A DNA stretch of 63,437 bases, the filler included, from Licmophora abbreviata (Eukaryota), in assembly GCA_900291995.1 (NCBI GenBank). It is 12 parts of 12 records of this genome, joined end to end, with 100 filler letters (N's around TTAATTAATTAA, not from the genome) between each part and the next. Parts side by side here need not be neighbours in the genome. Positions count along the whole stretch, not along the records: positions 44,308 to 61,183 come from OLMU01003651.1; 11 more parts are not named here. One strand, 5' to 3'. Positions 46,129 through 57,257 of the stretch are shown in pieces. A program made the position numbers and the translations under genes. The notes under the pieces were generated by a model. It was not told the DNA's origin. It made no database searches and saw only the letters and a program-made list of their open reading frames with translations. Each line of letters starts with the position of its first letter. Position 1 is the first letter of the stretch.

Positions 46129-48367
46129 ATGGCGGATCTATCGAGAGACGTTGTGCTTCCAGGGAAGGAGTATCGGGTGAGAGAATGGACAGTTCGCTCC
46201 GGCTCGGCCGTGAAGTTCGGGGACACTGTGGCGCACGCTGTGCCACGAGACGCCTCAGGGGGTGACGATGTTTCATCAAGATCATCAACCAAACCTAGTT
46301 CTGTGAAACACAAGCGCCCTTCCATGAAGAATCGCAAGCCAAAGACGGATGAGGAATCCAAAGATCCGGGACCAGAGCCATCGGCTGACTCGAGCAATCG
46401 GCTACTGCCATCATCGTCAAGCATCGTATCCATTGTATCGCCATTGTCAGGGATACTGAAAATAGCCGAAACTATCGCCGAAGATGAGTTACGAATTGCG
46501 TATGTGGAACCCTGTTCACATCCAGCCATCATGGGAGGTCTTTGTGCTGTATGCGGAGAGTCAGTGGGTCCGGTTGACTCATCTCCAGGACAGAACAGGC
46601 CTTTGGCCACCCCGTTGGGTGATGCCCCCACTGCGAGCAACAAGAGCATGTCACAGGTAACAGTTTCAGGAGGCGTGACCATGACAGTCTCGGAAACAGA
46701 GGCACAACTGATATCATCGCAGTCGATGCAGAAACTGAAAGAGAATCGTAAATTGTCTCTCGTTCTTGATCTGGATCATACGCTGGTCCACGCAACGGCC
46801 GATCCTCGCGCGAAGACACAAGTGGGGCGGGAAGACGTGAGGACTTTGATTCTGCCGGCGGTAGAGAACCCAGGCCCCAACACACCGTGGATGCTGCATT
46901 ACATTAAACTTCGGCCTTACTTGAAGGATTTTTTTGAGCATGTCATACCTCTGTATGAAATCAGTGTCTATACAGCAGGCACCCGCTCATATGCAGAGCA
47001 AATCACCATGGTATTGAGTCGGTGCGTGGCGGGCACCAGCCTAGATGACGACGACATCCAACAACTCAGACATGAAGTAGAGCGGGTCAGACATGACCTG
47101 AAGAGAAAACGAGAGCTTGTCGCCAAGGGAGAAGAGGAAGCGTCCGGGCGAGTAGATGGCCCAACGAAAGAAACCGCGGATAGCCCTTCAGATGGGGATA
47201 CACAGATGAATGGAGATGACGAAAAGCCAAAGCTGATCAAGGACGATTGTGAAAACGAGACGCGAAAACGGAAACGCGTCAGCTTCGGGGAAGCTCCTCC
47301 AGAAATCAAAACCGACGAATTGACCGGTACCGATCTCGAAAGTCGCTTGAAAGATCTCGAAAAGAAATTGGAAGAGGCAGAGCGTCTAGACAAGAAGGCC
47401 CTTGCGTTCCGACAGAAGCTGTTTGGTAGTCGAATCATATCGCGGACTGATGTGGGTGACTTGGGCCGCGACGTCAAGAGTCTTAAAAGGGTCTTTCCAT
47501 GTGGCGGGACAATGGCCGTTATTCTAGACGACCGAGAGGACGTCTGGGCCAACGCCGAGAATAGCAGCGAAACGCGGAAGGGCGAGCCTCCTGACAATCT
47601 TTTACTAGTACGTCCCTATCATTGGAAGCCGTTTCAAGGGTTTGCCGACGTCAACAATGCCTCGGGCCTGGATTTGTCTGCGAACGAGCAAGGCGCGCCC
47701 GAGTCAAACGCCGGTGACGAAGAGTTCGATGATCAGCTCCAGTGGTGCGTGGATATTCTCCAACGGGTGCATGAACAATTCTATTCCGAGTCATCCGATG
47801 TTTCCGCTCCGTTACCAGTGGCACGGCTTATAGAGAAGATGCGGTGGGAGGTTTTGCAGGGCTGCAAGCTGGTTCTAAGCGGACTAGTCCCTCTTCACAA
47901 ACAGAAGCTCGATGCGAAGGCACCGCGTCCTCGGGCAATACGATATGCACAAGTACTAGGTGCACAGGTAATTGAAAACTGCGCCTACCAGCGGGCTATG
48001 AACTCGTATACTTAGGTGTGAGCATTGACCCTAGCTGCTAAATTCTCTTGTCCGTTTCACAACACAGGTCTCTGATGTAGTCGAAAGCAACACGACTCAC
48101 GTCGTTGCCACACGCGACGGTACAGATAAAGCAAATTGGGCACGTAAGATTCCCGGTTGCGCTGTCGTCAAGGCCTCTTGGCTCATGGAGTGCTATTGGC
48201 GAATCAAACGGTGCGATGTTCAGTCTCACTTATGGGAATCATCTCGGGTCTCGTCTCTTGTATCGCCAGTCAAACTGTCCGAAGCGCGAAGCGCCCACGA
48301 GGAAAGTAGCAGCGACAGTGACTCGGATGATCTGGCGGCAGAACTGGAAGCGGAAATGCTCGGGTGA
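46129..48367 (+). CDS. FCP1: RNA polymerase II CTD phosphatase FCP1-like (HAD domain plus BRCT); intron 47968-48067
   Basis: N-terminal CSHP...GLCAVCG, LVLDLDHTLVH (DxDxT), KLRP, YTAGTRSYA and ILDDREDVW. BRCT THVVA.RDGTDK...WLMEC. Confidence 0.92.
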
Positions 48368-48392
48368 ATGCATGCTTCTTCGGGGTCGGCAC

Positions 48393-49451
48393 CTAAAGCT
48401 CGTGGTGATGATGGTCGGGGTCGTGATCGTGATCGTGATGCTCATGGTGATGATGGTGGTGGTCGTGCACGTGGTGATGATGATCATCTCCACCTTCAAG
48501 CAACGACACAGCCTGCATGAAGGCAATACCTATTCCAAACGCAGTCAGCTGCAAAAGTCTCAGCTTCATCGAAGCATGCTCATCCAAAAGCTGTGGAAGA
48601 ATGGTCGACGCTGCCAAATACACAAAGCCACCGGAAGTGGCATAAATAATCTTTTCTCCACCCCAAGAGCCTTCCACAGCCCATAGCCCTAGTAGTGTAC
48701 CAATGAACGCCGCAATGGCTGTGGTGAATTGTGCAAGAATGGCCTGAAACTTGCTAAAACCTCCTTTAACCAGAATGCAGTAGTCGCCGAGCTCATGCGG
48801 AATTTCGTGAAAGAGAATTGATACCGCGGCAAGTCCTCCTCGTGATGTGAGCAACGACAATATGCCTTTTTCGTCGCCAGCTGAGGCGGCAAAGGAAGCA
48901 CCAATAGCGAGTCTGTAATATGAGACAAAACAAAATCCGGTCAGTTGATATCATTGACAGTACATGGTACCAGGTACTAGTGCTTTCATGGATGCTGCAA
49001 TGGAATGACGTACCCGTCCGTGAGATTGTGAAGTGCGTCGCCAGTTAGATTCAATACAACAGAGGAGGATAATAATGAGGGGGCCATGGTGGATCGTCGG
49101 CGTGTTCAGCGGTCTCTTTCTTGCTTGCGTTGTCACTGCCCCCATTTGAGTGGTCATGACCGTCGCTGAGAGACCGAATGACGATATCCATGACCAAAAA
49201 CACAGAAAAGCCGCCCAGTATCCACGCTCCTACTTGTTCACCTTCGTATCGACCGCATGACTGAGCGTATGCAGAAAAACATCACCCAAGAGTCCCCCAG
49301 CTGCCACGGCTTGTCCCAGAGAAAGGAAGTAGCTGTTGCTAAGAGCGTCCTGTGTTGCGTACCGCGGAAACGCGAGCAAAATCAAATTTGGTGCTAAGCT
49401 GATGAGTGTAGTCGAAGTCATTGCCGCAGCAAAGGCTGTAGACGATACCAT
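48393..49451 (-). CDS. ZIP family metal transporter, ZIP7/KE4-like, with His-rich C-terminus; intron ~48913-49013; two apparent frameshifts (~49246, ~49085)
   Basis: AAGGLLGDVFLH, LNLTGDALHNLTDGLAIGASF, FHEIPHELGDY and GGFVYLA. Ends ...HHHHEL. Confidence 0.88.
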
Positions 49452-49743
49452 GCTGGTGAGAATCAAGTGGACAAATAATGGTAACAGCGGCACCACAAAG
49501 TTGGTGGCCGATGATGATGCCTTCTGTGCTGTCTGGATCCGGCGCCGTTATCCGTAGTTTCGAAGTTGGAAGTTGGAAGTTTGGAAGTTGAGGAGGTGAA
49601 CGGGCCTGGTGGTGACGTCATAGTGCGATATCATATATCATGGGCCTCCGTGTAGTCGAAGGAGTCAAAACATGGCGCGCGAAAGATTTTGTTTCAAGTT
49701 TCATAGCATGCCTCACTTTTCACGGTTTGTTCTCCGTAGCACG

Positions 49744-50397
49744 ATGAAGAGGCAGCGCCTGGTGGTTTCCCTCCTACTGTGTCCGTGTCGGCTCGTGTCG
49801 TCATGGATCATTCCAACGCGTCAAAGTCGCCCCCTGAGCACAGCGACGTCAAGACTTTTTCATCGCACGTCGCCAGCAGCATCATTGCCTCATCGCATGA
49901 TCAGTCCTCCAGGATCCGCTGGTATTGGCAGTCGGTTGTCGCTTCACGCCAGTGCTGCTGACGACTTGTTACTGCTGAATTCCAGTGGTAATAGTACAGT
50001 CCCATTCATACTACTCAGTGCGTTACTGCTGGGATTTGGCGCCCAGTACTTTATCAATACGATGTTGTCAGGCGATCAGGGTCTAGGAGCCTTTCTCAAG
50101 GACGGCAGAGGATATCAAAAGTCTGCGTTTCAACCGGGAAAGGGATCTTCACGAGACAATGAGACGGACCCACTGCCATGGTTGAAATTGCCATCCCTCC
50201 CATATGTCGATGTCGAGGGGCAACAGTCCTCCTCGAGCAGCGATGATGTATTGTTGGCGGCAGAATTCGAGTTGGAGACGTTGAAACGGAACATGTCGAA
50301 GGAGCTGGAGCTAGGGAACGTGGAGGAAGCGACACGAATACGGGAGAAGCTAGAGGAGGTCATGTACAACCATGGTTTTCAATACGAAAAGGAGTGA
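49744..50397 (+). CDS. Hypothetical, probably plastid-targeted single-TM protein with a UVR-like C-terminal coil
   Basis: Signal sequence followed by a Ser/Arg-rich transit-like region, a TM, GDQGLGAFLKDG.GY.KS and PLPWLKLP. Confidence 0.65.
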   Translation: MKRQRLVVSLLLCPCRLVSSWIIPTRQSRPLSTATSRLFHRTSPAASLPHRMISPPGSAGIGSRLSLHASAADDLLLLNSSGNSTVPFILLSALLLGFGAQYFINTMLSGDQGLGAFLKDGRGYQKSAFQPGKGSSRDNETDPLPWLKLPSLPYVDVEGQQSSSSSDDVLLAAEFELETLKRNMSKELELGNVEEATRIREKLEEVMYNHGFQYEKE

Positions 50398-50844
50398 GCA
50401 AAGAGTACACTACTCTTACTACGCACTACGACTAGCTAATCTGGTTTATAATAGAGGCTCACAAAACACTTCACATTCTAGAGAGAGAGCACGTTGTTTA
50501 AAACTAGCAAGGCGTACGTTTCTGACTAGTATGCCTGACCAAACCATCAGTCGCTCTTGCCAAGAGTGAGTCTTGGTCGTGAGTTCTAGTCTACCCACGG
50601 AGTTATTATCGCGGTCTATATATTCCAAGCGAAAGCATCAACGAAACGGCAGGTTTCATAAATGTCCGCATGACGTCACTTTGTAGAGCATGTACCACAA
50701 TGTACGCGAATAGTCATCTTCAAGTCTTCGGAAGCTTGTTCAGAATGACCGCCGGGCTCTGTGCATCTCGTAATGCCTGGAAAGCACTGATTGCAGCTCA
50801 CTCCTGTTGAGCTGAGAGACAGAGGTTCTCCCTACTTTCCCACC

Positions 50845-53344
50845 ATGATGGCCTGCTCCTCTTCTGCTATTGCCACGCGGCATGGCATTTATCGAAGAAA
50901 GTATCACGTGAGGGCGTTGATTCAGTCGATCGCGTTCGTTGTCTTGGTCTGTGGCTTCGCCGTTTATAAGCATGTAGACGACGGTACCAGTTCTACACAG
51001 AACAAGACTGGAGGCGTTCGAATTGAGCACGCTGGCTACCTTCGATCGCATCAGCAGCACCAGTCTCCCATGGCGGTAGATGGGGATGACATGACACTGC
51101 TGGTCCCAGAAGAGCCGCTGTTCCTCTCTCAGCGTCGTCGCCGCACCGAAGTCAAGTGCGAAGACATTGAAAAGTCCGAGCCGAGATGGTTCCTGGTTTG
51201 GTACTGTATTGGAGTGGTGTACATGTTCTTGGCACTGGCAATTGTCTGTGATGAGTTCTTTGTACCGGCCCTGGAAGAAATGAGCAGCGATCGACGCTTG
51301 AATCTCAGCATGGACGTGGCGGGAGCGACGCTCATGGCTGCCGGAGGCTCGGCTCCCGAGCTGTTTACGTCTCTGTTTGGTACATTCTCGGAGAGTGAAA
51401 TCGGTTTCGGAACAATCGTGGGATCTGCCGTCTTCAATGTCTTGTTCGTCATCGGCATGTGCTCCTTGTTGGCGAAAGAAGTACTGCAGTTGACGTGGTG
51501 GCCACTCTTTCGAGACAGCTCGTACTACGCCGTTGGGTTGGTCGTGCTGGCCATTTTCACAGGAGTTGTCAGCAAGGATGAAATCGAGCTATGGGAAGCC
51601 ATTGTTCTCTTTATCATGTACCTTGGCTACATCGTCGTCATGTACTTCAACAAGGCGATCTACAAGAGGCTGACGGGCAAGGAGCTCACGTATCCTGAAG
51701 AGGACGGAGAAGACGAGGAACAAGACACGGCGCCCGAGGAGGCAGAAGATCCGCCCGCTGCCACACCCGCGGGAGATGACACGAACGGTGAAAGCGCAAA
51801 GACGCCCGCCGGCGACAAGACTGATGAAGACGACGGAGCCGTCAACGGTAATGTCGAACACCCCAAGCGTCCAGCGCTCGGAGATCGTCATTCAAGTCAG
51901 GCGTCTCTCATTAGCGGAGGGTCGCTCATTTTGGACTACCACGCCGATCATCGCCTTGCCGTAGGGCCTCGGTGGCAAGGAACCTTCAGGGCGGGTATTC
52001 TGAAGCTTCTTCGTGATCCTGAATCGTGGGTTGACACGGCTGGAGTGGGAATTGTCTCCAAGATTGCCGGTGATGCCGATCACGTGTTCAAGCAGGTCGA
52101 TATCAACGGAGATGGGTCTCTGGACAAGGAAGAACTGGGGGTGTTGTTTGAAAAGCTAGATCTACATTTGAGCTCGGAAGAGCTCGACGAAGTGTTTGAA
52201 GAGCTTGACGAAGACCAGGATGGGAGGGTGAGTCTGCCCGATGTCTGTAACCATTGCGTTCTTGAGGATTCGTCTGACTTACACTGCGCTCCTTTACGTT
52301 CTTTCATCCTTTCAGATTAACGAGAAGGAGTTTAGTGCGTGGTACGTTCGATCGGAGCAGCGCATTTTGTCTCGTGTCAAGCACATATTCGACCATTTCG
52401 ATGTTGATCACTCGGGCACCATCGATCGAAACGAGCTCAAGATGCTCCTTGAGAAACTCGAGCCGCGCGTGACCGACGAGGACGTGGAAGATGCCATTGA
52501 TGCCATGTACAAACACGGATCGCGCGACGAAATTACGTTTGATGAGTTCTCCGAGTGGTACCGTCACTCGATCATTTACGAACGGCAGAAGAAGGCCGTA
52601 GAGGAAGATATGGAGGGAGTGTGGGAAAGTCTCAAGCCGCCGCGGGGCGAGGGCGTGATGGCCTGGGCTAAGTACGTGATTTACTTCCCTCTTGTCGCTG
52701 TCATGGCAATCACAGTTCCTGACACGCAAAGACCAGGAATGGGGAGATGGTGCTATGTTTCATTCTTCATGTCGATTGGGTGGATCGGCCTATTTTCCTA
52801 TCTCATGGTCTGGTGGTCCGAGATTATCGGAAATACGATTGGAATTCCATCCGTCGTTATGGGGTATACAATCTTGGCAGCAGGAACGTCCGTTCCTGAT
52901 CTGTTATCAAGTGTGATTGTAGCACGACGTGGATCCGGTGATATGGCCGTTTCTAGCTCGATCGGTAGCAACATCTTCGACATTCTGGTGGGACTTCCCG
53001 TACCGTGGATGCTTTACATAGCTTGGCCGGACAAGCCGAATTCCATCGTGGTACGTTCTTGTTGAGAATTTTTTTCTGCAACCTCAGGGTTGTGAGACCG
53101 CTATGAATCCGTCTGACACTTTGTGTTGTGAAATGTATATTTACAGATCGGATCAGACGGACTCTTTTATTCGCTCTGCATCCTGCTAGGCATGCTGGTC
53201 TTCATCATCGTGGCAACCCATTGTCAAGGATGGAAGCTTACAAGGAGGTTGGGTGGCATGATGTTTGCTTTTTACGTCGTGTTCTTGGTCGTGGTCATTC
53301 TAATCGAACTTCCATTTGAAACATGTGTCAAGAGTGGGTCATAA
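50845..53344 (+). CDS. K+-dependent Na+/Ca2+ exchanger (NCKX/SLC24-like) with EF-hands; introns ~52228-52316 and 53051-53146
   Basis: Alpha-1 [20 protein letters not shown] and alpha-2 [13 protein letters not shown]...[17 protein letters not shown] loops [24 protein letters not shown] and [12 protein letters not shown]. Confidence 0.93.
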
Positions 53345-53536
53345 AGGGGGAGAGGGAGACAATCAAACGGCTACTCGAACTCGGGAGGGGCGGGATGTCT
53401 GCGATGCAAATTCATGACTTTTGTGAGCACTATCAGTATAAAGTCCATGTTTCTTTTTTATGAGCATAATCCTCGTTATTACTGTACTCGGAATTTCTTC
53501 CATTCGACTTGTTTACAATCGTACTAAAGGTCTGGC

Positions 53537-56500
53537 TCAAGTCGTGACCAGGCATTCCTCAAGCGATGCCAGTAATTCAGCCCTTGTCGGTGCCGTTCCC
53601 TTCAAGCCGAGGCCCTGTTAGTTCAAGAAGTGCGAATTGGATCACTACGTTAAAAGCGGAAAGAAACGACCACATGAAAGTCTAAACAAGCTGACGTACC
53701 TGCTTGAGTTCTCGCAGTTCTGGGACCGTCATCTCTAGCAGGTTCAGGCGATCCGCTTTGATCTCGTTGCTTTTGTGCGTCCAGAGGGCCAGTCTTACCA
53801 CAAGTTCGCTCTTCGTGCCTCTCGAAGCCAGCCCGGACGAATCGAGCCTAGCTTTGAGCTCTGGTACAGACAAGGATTCGAGTTGCCCCACTATTTCGGC
53901 GCCACTCTTCATGACAGCGTCGGTGTCGCCATCGTCGGCGTGTCGCAGAAACGACAAGGCATTTTTTAGTATGGTGAGGCCGTGGGAGGGACTTGTCAGG
54001 ATCGACTCCGGATGAAATTGAACTGCCGCAAAGGGAAGTGTCTTGTGCTTGATTCCCATTACTACACCATCTTCGCTGGTCGCGGTCACCTCTAGACAAG
54101 ACGGCATGTGTTCTTTGATTCCGTGCAGCGAATGATAGCGAGCCACTTCAAATGTGTCAGGTAGCCCAGCGAAAATACTGGGAATCACGGACACGACATA
54201 AGAATGAGTTTCCGTGAAATACAGAAGGTTCCTCCAAGCCTTGTCGACAGGACACACTATCTTACCTATCATCAGCCTTCCCAATAGATGCAAGGGTCAC
54301 GGACGATGGCTTCCCGTGCATTGGGTAGCTCAATATCCCAAGAGTTCCTCCAAAGTGCTCGACCATACCTTGAAGACCCAGGCAGACTCCGAAACCAGGG
54401 ATTCGATGCTTCATCAAAAACTCTATGGAATCGGAGAGACCAAAATCAGACGGATTCCCAGGGCCGGGTGATAGCACCACCTTGAGAGACGGGGCACAAA
54501 TAAGTGTGGTCAGTCACTACAAGAATCACATCCCCTGATCCAACGCGATAAGTAGACATACCATGTCCGGCTTTTCCCCTTCCGTGATCATTCGTTCTAA
54601 TCCTTTCAGTGCCGATGGTCCACTTCTCAGCGTCAGCACTTCGGCGCCTGTCTGGCGTAAGTAGTTCCCAAGTGTATGGACAAAGGAGTCTTCGTGATCG
54701 ATTAGCACAACTCGCTTTCCTTCTCCAACCTTCTTTTCTATTTGTTCGGACTCTGCGTCTTCCATGTCCCCAGGCCCTGCTTCCCTAATCGCATCGAGCA
54801 TTGCAGAAGCTTTCAGTTCTGTTTCAAGCTCCTCCGCGACTGGATTGGAATCATATAGAAGTGTCGCCCCAGATCGAACCTGGCAGTGAGGAGAATGAGC
54901 AATTGAGAGACTGTCAAAATCACAAAATTCAAATCAAGTCAAGTTCGCCTACCTCTGCAACGCCATCTTTCACTCTAACCGTTCGAAGAGTTAGTCCCGT
55001 GTTGAGACTGCCATCTAAACCAACCATACCGACCGCGCCGCCATACCAGCAGCGAGGGGATCTTTCGTTGTCCTCGATAAATTGAATCGCCCACGTCTTC
55101 GGAGCACCAGTCACGGTGACAGCCCAGGTGTGGCAAAGGAAGGCATCCAAAGCATCGAATTCTGGGCGCAGGTAGCCTTCAACATGATCAACAGTGTGAA
55201 TTAGACGACTGTACATTTCAATCTGTCTGCGCCCAATCACCTTGACAGATCCAGGCTCGCAAATGCGTGACTTGTCATTCCGATCAACATCAGTGCACAT
55301 AGTGAGTTCACTTTCTTCCTTTGCGTTCATCATGAGGCTCTTGACTCGCTGCGCATCTTCCAAGGCGTCCGCCCCGCGCGCAACGGTTCCAGATATAGGA
55401 CACGTTTCAACTCTCAGAGCACCAGACCGATATTCATTATCTTCAATCGCCTCGCATCGGACAAACATCTCAGGGCTAGCACCGACCAAATACTCCTGTT
55501 CGCCGAGATTGATGAAAAACCCATATGGGGCGGGATTGCGCTTTCGCAGCCGGCGAAAGATCTTGGAGGGAGGAGTATCTTCCAAAAGCTTTTCACGAAA
55601 CGTCTGCGATAAAACAGCTTCAAACAGATTACCAACTGCAAATTCACGTTTGGCAACTTCTACACTCCTTGAAAAATCAGAGGGTGGCGTATCACGGGGA
55701 TCGAGCACTTGGTGACCATCATCAAAAGGAGCAAAAGCTTCGGAAGTTCCAACTCGCTGCAGCCCCTGGGTCGAACGCTGATTGACGCAAAACTCGTACG
55801 AGACTCTCCAGGCATCGCGTTTGTTCTGGTCGACTACAAGAATCTTGTCGGGCAAGTACATCAGGAGATCCCGCTGCTTCGTATCACGCTCCTGCGAAAG
55901 GGTAATCGGCTCAAACTGGAACGTCAAATCATACCCGAAAGCCCCGTATAGACCCAGCTGCCCATCGCCTCCTTGATAGCCAAGCAGATCTACCAATGCT
56001 CGCACGACAGAAAACAGCGAAGGCTGCATACGTCACAGCCAAATGTTTTGAGGTCATTAGCAACTCAGCGCGTTCCGAACAAGGAAAATAAGCCTGGTTT
56101 CATAGCGTTAGTGCGTCTTCTTACCTGTCGTGATCGCTCCTCTTCGCTGAATGTTCCAACTTCTGGTGGAGGAACCACCGTGACGTCGATCTTGCAAGGA
56201 GCACTGTCCAGAATATCCCCAGTGCCGGCACACGTGGCATCCCCCGACACATCGACCTTCTCCAACACGCCCTCGCTCTTGAGAGACTCCATGGCCAATT
56301 CAATGGCCGGTAGCAAAATTTTCCCTCTTTCATTCAGTGCACGAATCGAACATTCCAAACCACTCCCTGAAATTTCCAACGGTGGGTCGACGAATCCAAG
56401 AGACCAGCGGGCGTATCGCCCCGGAAACTCGTAGCTGCTGGTTAGCAACGCACCTCGATGACTGTCCAGCATTTGAACGAGTTCTTCAATCGCTGCACCT

Positions 56501-56868
56501 GAAGTACCTTCCTTCTTGGACGAGGAGAATTCAAGTGGTTCCACGTTGGCTGTGACTTGAATACCGCCCTTGGTCAAGTAGTGTCCGCCTGTAGGTCTGG
56601 CTCTCGGAGCTCCAAGACTGAGATTTCGGTCGGCGGCTTGCTGTGAGGCTGTCTCGGCTCCTCTGCCACCAGTCTTGGCCACATGGACACCGTTAAAGTC
56701 CGGAGCAGCCTCATTTCCAACCTTAATCGAAGACATTTGCAACGTGGCTGATCGAGTCGACCAGCCGCCAGTCATGCTTCGAAAGATCGGCGAGAAGGCC
56801 AGAGCGCCGGGGGTGACTATCGAAAGAATCACGATTGCAACATCTAGCTTTCTGCTGTGTATCCTCAT
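53537..56868 (-). CDS. trpEG: Plastid-targeted fused anthranilate synthase (TrpE + TrpG) with two C-terminal SAP-like domains; multi-exon
   Basis: ALA-F presequence. TrpE motifs SSYEFPGRY, FEAVLSQ, GASPEMFV, CPISGT, CTDVDRND and TVTGAPK. GATase motifs IDHEDSFVHTL, SPGPG, GVCLGLQ, RYHSL and QFHPES. Confidence 0.95.
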
Positions 56869-57257
56869 CGTTTTTACAGGCGAATTAGAGCTTGAGCTCA
56901 GAGAGAACTCAAGCGAAAACAACAAGATGATCGAGATCAGAACTTCCGCGCTTCTGTTGTCTGTTACGCTCTCCTTCCTTGTCTTGTCCATCACCCTGAA
57001 CTATCGCGATTCTTGATGGCGGGAAATCCATTGATTTTGGCCGAAAAATGTACGGTTCCTACGAGCACACAGGATGATGGCCAGACGTAAATCATATCTG
57101 AACTTTCTGATTGGCCAAAATGCGACCAAACGAATGGAATCAGAGAGTCGAGTCGAGTCATCACTTTTTAACACTTTCAAATTTTTGATTTCGCAAAGCG
57201 CAGGGGGGAAGATGCTCCCAAAAGATGAGTTGCACTTTGTCTTGCTATCATGATGCC

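Noticed and set aside
32662..48367. Functional cluster of mRNA-processing genes (SPF30-like, capping enzyme, FCP1)
   Set aside because: They are interspersed with unrelated genes and gaps, which is expected by chance in a gene-dense genome.
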